This document shows, piece by piece, positions 1 through 11,676 of a stretch of DNA of 64,000 nt (its first letter is position 1; the number at the start of each line of letters is the position of its first letter). The notes beneath the pieces are model-generated. The model had not been told where the DNA came from. It searched no databases and was given only the letters and a program-made list of their open reading frames with translations. The stretch covers positions 43,652-107,651 of the forward strand of contig CABYZG010000002.1 in the NCBI GenBank assembly GCA_902523455.1, given 5' to 3'. The position numbers and the translations under genes are program-made. Source of the stretch: an uncultured Pelagibacteraceae bacterium. Its GTDB lineage: Bacteria > Pseudomonadota > Alphaproteobacteria > Pelagibacterales > AG-422-B15.

Positions 1-2
1 CT

Positions 3-767
3 GCTCTTTCATTAAGTGCAAGTTTATGTCATGTATTAAGAGATCCGGGTGCTCAAGAATATGCAGCTAATCAAACAAGAGAAGAAGCTAGACATGTTGC
101 TGGTTTTACTAAATATATACAAGCAAGATGGGGATCACCTTTCAAGGTTGGGCCGACATTAGGTAGAGTAGCTAATGAGATCGTTTCATCTGATCTGGTT
201 TATAAAAAGATCATCGGAATGCAGATGATGATCGAGGGATTGGCTATGGGAGCATTTGCTATGGCATATGAAAATACTAATGACCCAGTATTGAAAACTT
301 TATTAAAATACACAATGAGTGATGAAGCTTTCCATCATAAATTTGGTAAAATATGGGCAGATAGAACAGTGCCAAAATTGACTAAAAAAGAGCATATCAA
401 AGTCGAAGATTGGGCTGAAAAAATATTTGTTGAACTTCTATTTAACCTAGTGAATCCATTTGAGAAGAAGCATGTATATTCCTGTGTTGGCTTAGATCAT
501 AAGTGGGTTGACCGAGAATTCCATAAATATATAGACCAAGGCGAAGTAATAAAAGACGAGATGAAAAATCAAAATAATATCTTTAGAGTCCTTGTCAAAA
601 CTCTTTTAAAAGCACACATAATTACTGATAGAACCAGAGCAACTTACGCAGAATTTGTTAACATGGATGAATTAAATAATGAGAGCGATACTGTTGCTGG
701 TCAGGAAATTGCTGATCAAGGCGTAAGTGCGTTAAGTGAAATCAATCAACTAAAGAAAACTGCATAG
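3..767 (+). CDS. Ferritin-like diiron-carboxylate protein (5'-truncated; frame is open from the window edge)
   Basis: The frame is open upstream of the 219 ATG and reads ALSLSASLCHVLRDPGAQEYAANQTREEARHVAGF...IIGMQMMIEGLA...SDEAFHHKFG. Two ExxH motifs plus an intervening Glu give the four-helix diiron ligand pattern. Confidence 0.75.
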   Translation, partial: ALSLSASLCHVLRDPGAQEYAANQTREEARHVAGFTKYIQARWGSPFKVGPTLGRVANEIVSSDLVYKKIIGMQMMIEGLAMGAFAMAYENTNDPVLKTLLKYTMSDEAFHHKFGKIWADRTVPKLTKKEHIKVEDWAEKIFVELLFNLVNPFEKKHVYSCVGLDHKWVDREFHKYIDQGEVIKDEMKNQNNIFRVLVKTLLKAHIITDRTRATYAEFVNMDELNNESDTVAGQEIADQGVSALSEINQLKKTA

Positions 768-771
768 CTAA

Positions 772-1326
772 TTATTTAGGGGATTTTTTCTGCAGTATTC
801 TCTGTAAAGTGCGTCTGTGCATCTTTAATCTTCTAGCAGTCTCAGAAACATTTCGGTTACACAGCTCATAAATTCTAAGTATGTGCTCCCACTTTACCCT
901 ATCCGCAGACATTGGATTTTGTGGGGGTTCAGGTGTAGATGAATAAGGAGCCTTTAGTGCAGCCTCAATGTCATCAGCATCCGCTGGTTTAGCAAGATAA
1001 TCACAGGCTCCCTCTTTTACAGCAGCTACTGCAGTTGGAATATTCCCATATCCTGTGAGCATTACTATTTTACTATCTGGCCTTTTATTGGATAAAATTG
1101 AAACTACCTCCAAACCATTACCATCATTTAGGCGTAAATCAACTACTGCATATTTTGGAGCATTTGTGTTAACCAATGATATAGCCTCTGAAACCGATGA
1201 AGCCCCAAAAGCATCGTAGCCCTTACGTTTCATTGCAGTAATTAACCTATTCCTAAACACATCGTCATCATCAATAATCATTAATGATTTTTCGTTATTC
1301 ATATAAACTTCTTTTACATTACTCAT
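772..1326 (-). CDS. regA: RegA/PrrA/ActR redox response regulator (start may be the ATG at 1302)
   Basis: Receiver domain (DDD, VVDLRL, LTGYG, KP) plus the highly conserved C-terminus NPMSADRVKWEHILRIYELCNRNVSETARRLKMHRRTLQRIL. Confidence 0.95.
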   Translation of the reverse strand: MSNVKEVYMNNEKSLMIIDDDDVFRNRLITAMKRKGYDAFGASSVSEAISLVNTNAPKYAVVDLRLNDGNGLEVVSILSNKRPDSKIVMLTGYGNIPTAVAAVKEGACDYLAKPADADDIEAALKAPYSSTPEPPQNPMSADRVKWEHILRIYELCNRNVSETARRLKMHRRTLQRILQKKSPK

Positions 1327-2617
1327 TGGATAAATTGAGGTAATTTTTTGATAAAACTATTTTTACCAATCCTCCACCACCTTCCCTTTGAGAAAATTTA
1401 ATCTCACCTTGAGACTTTGCAAGTAAGTTTTTAGAAATGAATAATCCTAAGCCAAGACCCTGATTTTTAGCCTTATTATTATTTCTGATATACGGTTCCC
1501 CAAGAAAGGGGAATATTTCAGGTGCGAACCCAGGACCATCATCTGCTACTTCAATAATGATATTATTTTCTTTGCTAATTAAATTGATATCTATTTGCGA
1601 GCTTGCAAATTTAAATGCATTATCAACTACATTAGTTATTGAATGAACTATTTCAGCTGACCTGGGAATTGTAACATTGATATTCTCAAAATAAGGATCA
1701 TTAGAAATTATAATGTTAATATTATTCTTATCATAAGAAGATGTTATTTCATTAATCAAACGAATAAAGTCTAACTGATTTATAAACTCATTATTTTTGT
1801 CGTCTAAACTATTTGATCTTAATCTTTCTAATATATCACTACATCTTTTAAGCTGTGATTGTATCACATTTAAATCTTCTTTTACTTGTTGATCGTCGTA
1901 ATTATTGACAAGTTCTTTTGTAATCACTGAAATAGTTGATAAAGGAGTACCTAGTTCGTGCACTGCAGCAGCCGTTAATCCCATCAATGCAGAAATTTTT
2001 TCCTCATTTGAAAGAGAAAGTTGCGTTTCTTTTAGTGCCTTACGAGTTTTTCTAGCATCATCAGCCACCCTAAAACAATAAAATGTGAGAAATATTGCTG
2101 CAATTATTAATGCTGACCATATTAAAAATATTTCAAACCTAGAAAATTCATTTTGACTGATACCCAATGCGTCGCTCTCTAACGGGTAATAAAAAAATGC
2201 AAGAAAATTTAATGAAATAATAGCTATCAAAGTAATAATAATAATTCGTTTTAAATCAAGATAGGTTGCCGCAATTACAAGCGGAGCAAGTATTAATACA
2301 GAAAATGGATTGGTTAGACCTCCAGTTAGGTAAAGGAGACCCACTAATTGGAGTAAATCGAATACAAGAATTAAAAAAGTTTCGTTGTAATTAAGTATTT
2401 TTGTTAAAGGATAAAAAATGCTAACAAGAATATTTAATACAACGCTAAGAAGTATTAAAATAATACAGAAATACATACTAAAACTTATTTCGAAATAGAA
2501 ATATGCAATTATAACGGCAAAGAACTGACCAAATATTGCTGTCCAATGTATTAGATTTAAAGTTCTTAATTTTAGATTAATTTCTTCATCAAAAGATTGT
2601 TTTAGTAAGTCGGTCAA
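1319..2617 (-). CDS. regB: RegB/PrrB/ActS membrane sensor histidine kinase
   Basis: Multi-TM N-terminus with the GGLTNPF quinone-binding motif, H-box AAAVHELGTPL, redox Cys (KRCSDIL), and N/G boxes NVVDNA, DDGPGF, GLGLGLFI. Directly upstream of regA. Confidence 0.92.
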   Translation of the reverse strand: MTDLLKQSFDEEINLKLRTLNLIHWTAIFGQFFAVIIAYFYFEISFSMYFCIILILLSVVLNILVSIFYPLTKILNYNETFLILVFDLLQLVGLLYLTGGLTNPFSVLILAPLVIAATYLDLKRIIIITLIAIISLNFLAFFYYPLESDALGISQNEFSRFEIFLIWSALIIAAIFLTFYCFRVADDARKTRKALKETQLSLSNEEKISALMGLTAAAVHELGTPLSTISVITKELVNNYDDQQVKEDLNVIQSQLKRCSDILERLRSNSLDDKNNEFINQLDFIRLINEITSSYDKNNINIIISNDPYFENINVTIPRSAEIVHSITNVVDNAFKFASSQIDINLISKENNIIIEVADDGPGFAPEIFPFLGEPYIRNNNKAKNQGLGLGLFISKNLLAKSQGEIKFSQREGGGGLVKIVLSKNYLNLSNE

Positions 2618-2683
2618 AATTTATTTCCTATCATAAGACATTTAAATCTAATAATATTCTATATACTTTCAATCATTAAAAAT

Positions 2684-5799
<3,116 letters not shown>

Positions 5800-5820
5800 T
5801 TATATTTTTTTTTAATTTCA

Positions 5821-6936
5821 TTATACAACATTTTTCATGTCAAAGAAAACAGTTTGGTTATTAATATTCTCAAATAGATTTTTTGAAACACCAGAGAACC
5901 ATACTTGTGATTTTAAACTCTCTAGTTCACTAAATAGAAATTCTTTATGTTCGGTGTCCAGATGTGCCATAGCCTCATCAATTAAAATAATAGGGGAGCG
6001 ACTGTTGTTTTGGTCTTTTACCATATTAGCAACTGATAAAAATATTGAGAGTAATATAGATTTTTGTTCCCCAGTTGAGCAATTTCTAGCTTCAATAATC
6101 CTTTCAATATTGTTGAATATGTTAATTTCCACCTTATTAACTGTTAAGGTAGTTTTGTTTAATGCAGAATCTATTTCCCTATTGTTTTTTAACACATTTA
6201 CATACTTTTCTGCAAAATCCTCTGAATTTCTAATATTACCCAATTTAGATAATTCATGATAAATATCAATTTGGCATGCGTTGAAAGGAACTTTAACAGA
6301 TCTTAGGTTATTGTTAAGCTGGTCGATAAAAGTTGTCCTGTCAATCAGTAAGCTAACCGAGAGATTTGCAATGTTTTTTTCGACAATAATCAACCAATTC
6401 GAATCGTAATTTTTTTCTTTCAATAAAGCTAATCTCTCACTAAGTAATTTTTTCAGTTTTGCATAATTTTTTAAGTGGGTTTTATTTATATTGAAAATAA
6501 GACGATCAAAAAAATTTCTTTTCTCTGAGTTACTTTGAATTAATACTTTTTCCATGATTGGTGTAATCCATAATATATTTATGAATTCTAATAATTGAAA
6601 ATTAGTAATTTTCTCGTTGTCTACTGAAATATAATTTTTATTTTTTTCCACAGATGAAAAACTTCGAAAAAGTTCTACTTCACCAGTGTCATATTTTACA
6701 TTTATTTTAATCTCAAAATTCTTTTGATCCCTATCCTTATTTGGCATCTCAAAAAAGCGTGAATTTTTTATACCACGACCAGGTGAAAAAAGTGATATCG
6801 CCTCTAATATATTTGTTTTGCCTGATCCATTATTTCCATTAAGGACAACAAATGAACCGAGATCTTTTAGATTTGTATTTAAATGATTTTTAAAATTAAT
6901 TAGTGAAATTTTGTCAATCCTAGTATTAGGATACAT
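5821..6936 (-). CDS. recF: DNA replication/repair protein RecF
   Basis: Walker A GNNGSGKTN, CSTGEQK signature, Walker B ILIDE; position in dnaA-dnaN-recF-gyrB. Confidence 0.93.
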   Translation of the reverse strand: MYPNTRIDKISLINFKNHLNTNLKDLGSFVVLNGNNGSGKTNILEAISLFSPGRGIKNSRFFEMPNKDRDQKNFEIKINVKYDTGEVELFRSFSSVEKNKNYISVDNEKITNFQLLEFINILWITPIMEKVLIQSNSEKRNFFDRLIFNINKTHLKNYAKLKKLLSERLALLKEKNYDSNWLIIVEKNIANLSVSLLIDRTTFIDQLNNNLRSVKVPFNACQIDIYHELSKLGNIRNSEDFAEKYVNVLKNNREIDSALNKTTLTVNKVEINIFNNIERIIEARNCSTGEQKSILLSIFLSVANMVKDQNNSRSPIILIDEAMAHLDTEHKEFLFSELESLKSQVWFSGVSKNLFENINNQTVFFDMKNVV

Positions 6937-6938
6937 AA

Positions 6939-8066
6939 TTAAATTCGCATAGGCATTAGAACGAAAAATAGATTTTCATCTGTCTTATCAAGAATAATGG
7001 CTGGTGAGACCGAGTCTAATAAACTTATGTCAACTTCCTCTCCATCGACTTCATTACAAATATCTATGATATATTTAGAATTAAAACCGATATCAACTTT
7101 ATCGCCATCATAGCTAATATCTATTATCTCATTTGCTGAACCTTTTGATTGACTTTCAACACTTAGATTCAGCTTATTATCCTCTAAAGACAGCTTGATT
7201 GCTTTAGATTTAGACTCTTCATTAGCTGCAACGGCAGAAACACGATCAATGGCATTTTTTAATTCATTATTATTTGTCTTAAAGTTTTTGTTATTATTCT
7301 GAGGTATAACTTTTGTGTAGTCAGGAAATGTGCCGTCGATAACCTTTGAGATAATTTTTAAATCATTAAAAGTAAATTTGATTTTATTTTCATTTAACGA
7401 AATACTCACATCTCCATTGGCATCATCAAGCACTTTTCTTAATTCAAAAATAGTCTTTTTTGGAATAATAATGCCAGTTATCTCTTCAGCACCCTGTGGA
7501 AGAGGAATATCATATTGAGCTAAACGATGACCGTCTGTGGCAACAGCCCTTAAAAATTGAATAGAATTTCGATCAGCTTTATGCAGAAAAATGCCATTTA
7601 AATAATATCTCGTTTCCTCGTTTGACACTGCAAATTTAGTTTTGTCTATAATTCTAATCAACTCATCAGCGCTTAAGACAAAGTTTGTTGATAAATCATT
7701 ATCAGAAATAATTGGAAAATCATCAGTTTTAAGAGTTGATAAGTTGAATTTAGATCTTCCACATTTTAGTATAATTTCATTTTCACCTTCTTCCATTGTC
7801 ATCATAACCTCTGAACCTGGTGGAAGTCGTTTGACAATTTCAAAAAATGTTACTGCCGAAACTGAAATTTCACCTGCTATAGAGACTTCAGCTTTAATTT
7901 TGTCTGCACAATATATGTCCAAATTTGTCGATGACAAAGTTAACTCATTATCTTTTGCTTTTAGTATAATGTTTGAAAGTATTGGCAAGGTATGTCTTAC
8001 TTCGACTATTCCATGAATATGGGATAGCGCTTTCAGCAGATCTGAACTATTTATTTGAAATTCCAT
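6939..8066 (-). CDS. dnaN: DNA polymerase III beta sliding clamp
   Basis: HTLPILSNI, ETRYYLNG, VATDGHRLA, IDGTFPDY, C-terminal VLMPMRI. Confidence 0.98.
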   Translation of the reverse strand: MEFQINSSDLLKALSHIHGIVEVRHTLPILSNIILKAKDNELTLSSTNLDIYCADKIKAEVSIAGEISVSAVTFFEIVKRLPPGSEVMMTMEEGENEIILKCGRSKFNLSTLKTDDFPIISDNDLSTNFVLSADELIRIIDKTKFAVSNEETRYYLNGIFLHKADRNSIQFLRAVATDGHRLAQYDIPLPQGAEEITGIIIPKKTIFELRKVLDDANGDVSISLNENKIKFTFNDLKIISKVIDGTFPDYTKVIPQNNNKNFKTNNNELKNAIDRVSAVAANEESKSKAIKLSLEDNKLNLSVESQSKGSANEIIDISYDGDKVDIGFNSKYIIDICNEVDGEEVDISLLDSVSPAIILDKTDENLFFVLMPMRI

Positions 8067-8090
8067 AAAGCATTAAGCATCAGTAATTGA

Positions 8091-9509
8091 TTAAATAGAT
8101 GTTATCATTTGAGTAATCAAATTAACGTCCTCATCAAATTTAGAGTCATGTTCTTTTAATTCATCAATTTTTTTTACTGCATGAATAACAGTCGTATGGT
8201 CTCTTCCTCCGAATTTTCTACCAATCTCAGGTAGCGATCTAGTAGTAAGTTTTTTTGATAAATACATTGCAACTTGCCTTGGTCTCGCAAAAGTTCTTAT
8301 TCTTCTGCTAGATATAAGATCGTCAAGCTTAATGTTGTAATAACTTGATACTTTCTTTTGTATTTCATCTATAGTAATTCTTCTATCATTAGACTTAAGT
8401 AAATCTTTTAAAACTGACTTAGTTAATTCAACGTCAATTTTCTTTCCCAATATATTTGAAAATGTATAAACTTTATTTAGAGCGCCTTCAAGTTCTCTTA
8501 CATTAGAGGTTACTGTACTTGCTAAAAATGATAATACCTCCTCATCTAGACTTAATGAATTTTTATTTCTTTTATAGAGTTCTTCATATTTATTTTTAAT
8601 AATTGAAAATCTCAAATTAAAATCCGCAGGCATAATATCTACTACCAATCCACCTGATAATCTTGACTTCATTCTTTCATTAAAGCTGCCTAATTCACTT
8701 GGGGATCTATCACCTGAAATTATGACTTTTTTGTTCATGTCCAATAGTGAATTAAAGGTGTGAAAAAACTCCTCTTGTGTTGAAACTTTACCAATCATGA
8801 ACTGAATATCGTCGAGTATTAACACGTCTACGGATCTAAATTTTTGTTTGAATGACATTGTATCTTTTTGTCTTAGAGATTTTATAAATTGGAACATGAA
8901 TCTTTCAGCAGAAAGATATAAAACACTATTAGCTATATTTTCTTCTTTTAATTTCCATCCAATTGCATGAAGTAAGTGAGTTTTACCCAAACCAACACCG
9001 CCATAAATGTAAAGAGGGTTAAAATCATTTACGTCAATTGAACAAAATCTTTTTGCAGAAGCAAAAGCAAGCTCATTAGATGGACCAACAACAAATTTAT
9101 CAAACTTAAATCTGTCATCTAACGGCCAGTCATCAATGTAATTAGAATTATTTGAGTTATTATTTATTTTTCTTTGGTCACTTGGATCTTTGTCAAGATT
9201 AAGCATATTAGCGGTAAGTGAATTATCAATATTTATTTTTACTCTTTTGATTTGCGAGTTTTCTTGGTTTAGAAAAAATATTATTTTATCTAAGTAATGT
9301 GAAGTAATCCAATCTCTAATAAATCTTGTAGGCACAGTAAAGTATAAAACATCTTCATCTAGGTTTCTTATTGAAATATTCTTGATCCAACTATTAAATA
9401 TCTCATTTCCATATTCTGTATTGAGCTTTTTTAAGACTGAATTCCATTGATCTTTTAGATTTACTGATGAAGCTTGATTCTGATTAAGATCTTGATACAT
9501 TTGTTGCAA
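8091..9509 (-). CDS. dnaA: Chromosomal replication initiator DnaA (TTG start preceded by GGAGG)
   Basis: NPLYIYGGVGLGKTHL, DDIQF, SNVRELEGA, RPRQVAMYL, GGRDHTTVIHA. Confidence 0.98.
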   Translation of the reverse strand: MQQMYQDLNQNQASSVNLKDQWNSVLKKLNTEYGNEIFNSWIKNISIRNLDEDVLYFTVPTRFIRDWITSHYLDKIIFFLNQENSQIKRVKINIDNSLTANMLNLDKDPSDQRKINNNSNNSNYIDDWPLDDRFKFDKFVVGPSNELAFASAKRFCSIDVNDFNPLYIYGGVGLGKTHLLHAIGWKLKEENIANSVLYLSAERFMFQFIKSLRQKDTMSFKQKFRSVDVLILDDIQFMIGKVSTQEEFFHTFNSLLDMNKKVIISGDRSPSELGSFNERMKSRLSGGLVVDIMPADFNLRFSIIKNKYEELYKRNKNSLSLDEEVLSFLASTVTSNVRELEGALNKVYTFSNILGKKIDVELTKSVLKDLLKSNDRRITIDEIQKKVSSYYNIKLDDLISSRRIRTFARPRQVAMYLSKKLTTRSLPEIGRKFGGRDHTTVIHAVKKIDELKEHDSKFDEDVNLITQMITSI

Positions 9510-9690
9510 GCCCCTCCAATAGCCCTAATAAAATCTTATCTAATTTACAAAAAAAACATATGTCTTTTTAAACTTTTTTTTGATGAAATCAAAATTTGAT
9601 CAAAAGAGACCTGACTAAATTTTTAATAATTTTAGTCTTAAAAAATTATTTTTTTTGAATAATTAAAAAAGATATTTTTTAATTTTAAAT

Positions 9691-9719
9691 AAAGTAGCTT
9701 CTCTAAAAATGAATCGCAA
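9691..9719 (-). promoter_or_regulatory. Putative sigma70 promoter for dnaA (TTGCGA-N17-TACTTT) with a GANTC site overlapping the -35/spacer
   Basis: Minus strand reads TTGCGA TTCATTTTTAGAGAAGC TACTTT; GAATC at 9711-9715. Motif match only. Confidence 0.45.
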
Positions 9720-9825
9720 TAGGAAAAATAATTAAGATACTTATAAAATTTAGAGTTAAATTACTGCGTTATGTTTGCATGTAACTTTCACTGCATATCA
9801 TAAGCTACGGAAAAGTTTGATGAAT

Positions 9826-10089
9826 CTATTTAAGAGACTTTATTTGACTTGATAGACGTGAGATTTTTCTTGAAGCGGTGTTTTTATGAACAATCTTTTT
9901 TGAAACAGCGGACATCATTTCAGACTCTGCGTGCTTTAGGGCCTCTCTAGCCTTAGTTTTATCACCTTTAACAATATTTAGTTCTACTTTTTTAATGTAG
10001 GTACGATATCTATTTCTCACAGATTTATTAATATCTGTTTTTTTAGAAATCTCTCTTACTTTACCTTTAGCAGATTTTGTATTGGCCAT
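9826..10089 (-). CDS. rpsT: 30S ribosomal protein S20
   Basis: MANTKSAK...VHKNTASRKISRL; upstream of dnaA as is usual in alphaproteobacteria. Confidence 0.96.
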   Translation of the reverse strand: MANTKSAKGKVREISKKTDINKSVRNRYRTYIKKVELNIVKGDKTKAREALKHAESEMMSAVSKKIVHKNTASRKISRLSSQIKSLK

Positions 10090-10105
10090 AATTAATTATA
10101 TTTTT

Positions 10106-10933
10106 TTATCTTTGACATTCAGAACAATAAAATGATGAACGTTGCGCTATTACTATTCGTATTATGGGCGACTGACAAGATCTTTTTACACATTTTGATC
10201 CTTCTCTACCATAAACATACAATTTATTTTGAAAATATCCCATCTTCCCAGAAACCATCGTATGATCGTTTATGCTTGAACCGCCTAATTTTATAGATTT
10301 TTTTAGTACACTTTTAATAGCGCGTACCAATTTTTCACAATCCCGTTTTGTAATATCTTTACCTAACCTGGATGGATGAATACCTGACATAAATAATGCT
10401 TCAGACGCATAAATATTTCCAACCCCAACAATATATTTTTGATTCATAATAATATTTTTAATCGGCGATTTTTTATTTTTCGTTACGTTTAAAAGGTATC
10501 GATCATTAAATTGTTCAATAAGAGGTTCAACTCCTAGGTTCACAAAGAACCTATGTGTTTCTAATGAGGCCGTTTCCGTAACGAAAATATATCCAAATCT
10601 TCTTGGGTCAATAAATTGCATAACTAAGTTCTTGTTAAATAAGATAGAGAAATGTGTGTGTTTAAATTTTTTTTTATTATTTTTTACAATAATAATCCTT
10701 CCTGACATGCCTAAGTGTATTACTAAGGATCTGTTATTTGATAAATTTATAATTATATATTTAGCTCTTCGAAAAACAGTTGTAACTGTAGAGCTCTCTA
10801 CTTTTGAAGATAAATTTTTTTGGATAGGATATCTTAATTTACTTATGTATTTCTTGAATCGTAAAATTTTATGCTTATTAATTTTGCTTTTTATACCATT
10901 TACAACTGTTTGGACTTCTGGTAGCTCTGGCAT
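10106..10933 (-). CDS. mutM: Formamidopyrimidine-DNA glycosylase
   Basis: N-terminal MPELPEV, HLGMSG, DPRRFG, GVGNIYASEALF, C-terminal zinc finger. Confidence 0.97.
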   Translation of the reverse strand: MPELPEVQTVVNGIKSKINKHKILRFKKYISKLRYPIQKNLSSKVESSTVTTVFRRAKYIIINLSNNRSLVIHLGMSGRIIIVKNNKKKFKHTHFSILFNKNLVMQFIDPRRFGYIFVTETASLETHRFFVNLGVEPLIEQFNDRYLLNVTKNKKSPIKNIIMNQKYIVGVGNIYASEALFMSGIHPSRLGKDITKRDCEKLVRAIKSVLKKSIKLGGSSINDHTMVSGKMGYFQNKLYVYGREGSKCVKRSCQSPIIRIVIAQRSSFYCSECQR

Positions 10934-10986
10934 ATATTACATTTATACTTTTTTAGTTTATAAGATATTAAATAAATAAGCGTATT

Positions 10987-11676
10987 ATGGAAACAAAAGA
11001 AGTTTTTGATAAAGTTGCGAGCAAATACGATATCATGAATGATATAATGTCACTTGGTGCACATAGATATTGGAAAGAATTACTAATCGATTGGCTTTCT
11101 CCGGAAAAGGAGATGCATATAATTGATGTAGCCGGAGGAACTGGTGATGTTGCAAGACGATTTTTAAAAAGGGTTAGAGGCAAAGGAAAGGCTACTGTGT
11201 GTGATCCTAATGAATTTATGGTTGAAGAAGGAAAAAAAAATCATACCTTTAAAGATAAAATTGAATGGATTGTTGCACCTGCAGAAGATCTCCCTTTTAA
11301 AGAAAATACATTTGATGCATACCTCGTATCCTTTGGTGTTAGGAATTTTTCTAATATTGAAAAATCACTGAGTGAAGCATACAGAGTCTTAAAACCCGGG
11401 GGAAAATTTTATTGCTTAGAGTTTTCCAAAGCTGAGAATGAAACAATTTCAAGTGTGTATAATTTTTATTCTTCAATTATACCAGTGATGGGTAAAATTA
11501 TTGTTGGAGATGAAAAGCCTTATGAGTACTTAACAAAAACAATTAGTAATTTCCCATCACAAGAAAATTTTAAAAAAATAATTGAGGGTACAAAATTTAA
11601 AGATGTAAACTATCGTAATATTTTTAACGGAATAGTAGCCATACACAATGCCACAAAAACTATAAATGCTCAGTAA
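10987..11676 (+). CDS. ubiE: Ubiquinone/menaquinone biosynthesis C-methyltransferase
   Basis: YDIMNDIMSLGAHRYWK, DVAGGTGD, SFGVRN, VLKPGG, YEYLTKTISNFP. Confidence 0.95.
   Translation: METKEVFDKVASKYDIMNDIMSLGAHRYWKELLIDWLSPEKEMHIIDVAGGTGDVARRFLKRVRGKGKATVCDPNEFMVEEGKKNHTFKDKIEWIVAPAEDLPFKENTFDAYLVSFGVRNFSNIEKSLSEAYRVLKPGGKFYCLEFSKAENETISSVYNFYSSIIPVMGKIIVGDEKPYEYLTKTISNFPSQENFKKIIEGTKFKDVNYRNIFNGIVAIHNATKTINAQ

Noticed and set aside
9510-9825. oriC in the rpsT-dnaA spacer
   Set aside because: No TTATCCACA-like box on either strand (no CACA or TGTG in the spacer). Many alphaproteobacterial origins lie away from dnaA, for example near hemE.
10523-10535. tRNA T-arm-like AGG-TTCAACT-CCT
   Set aside because: Only a 3-bp stem, no acceptor, D or anticodon arms, and it lies inside mutM coding sequence.
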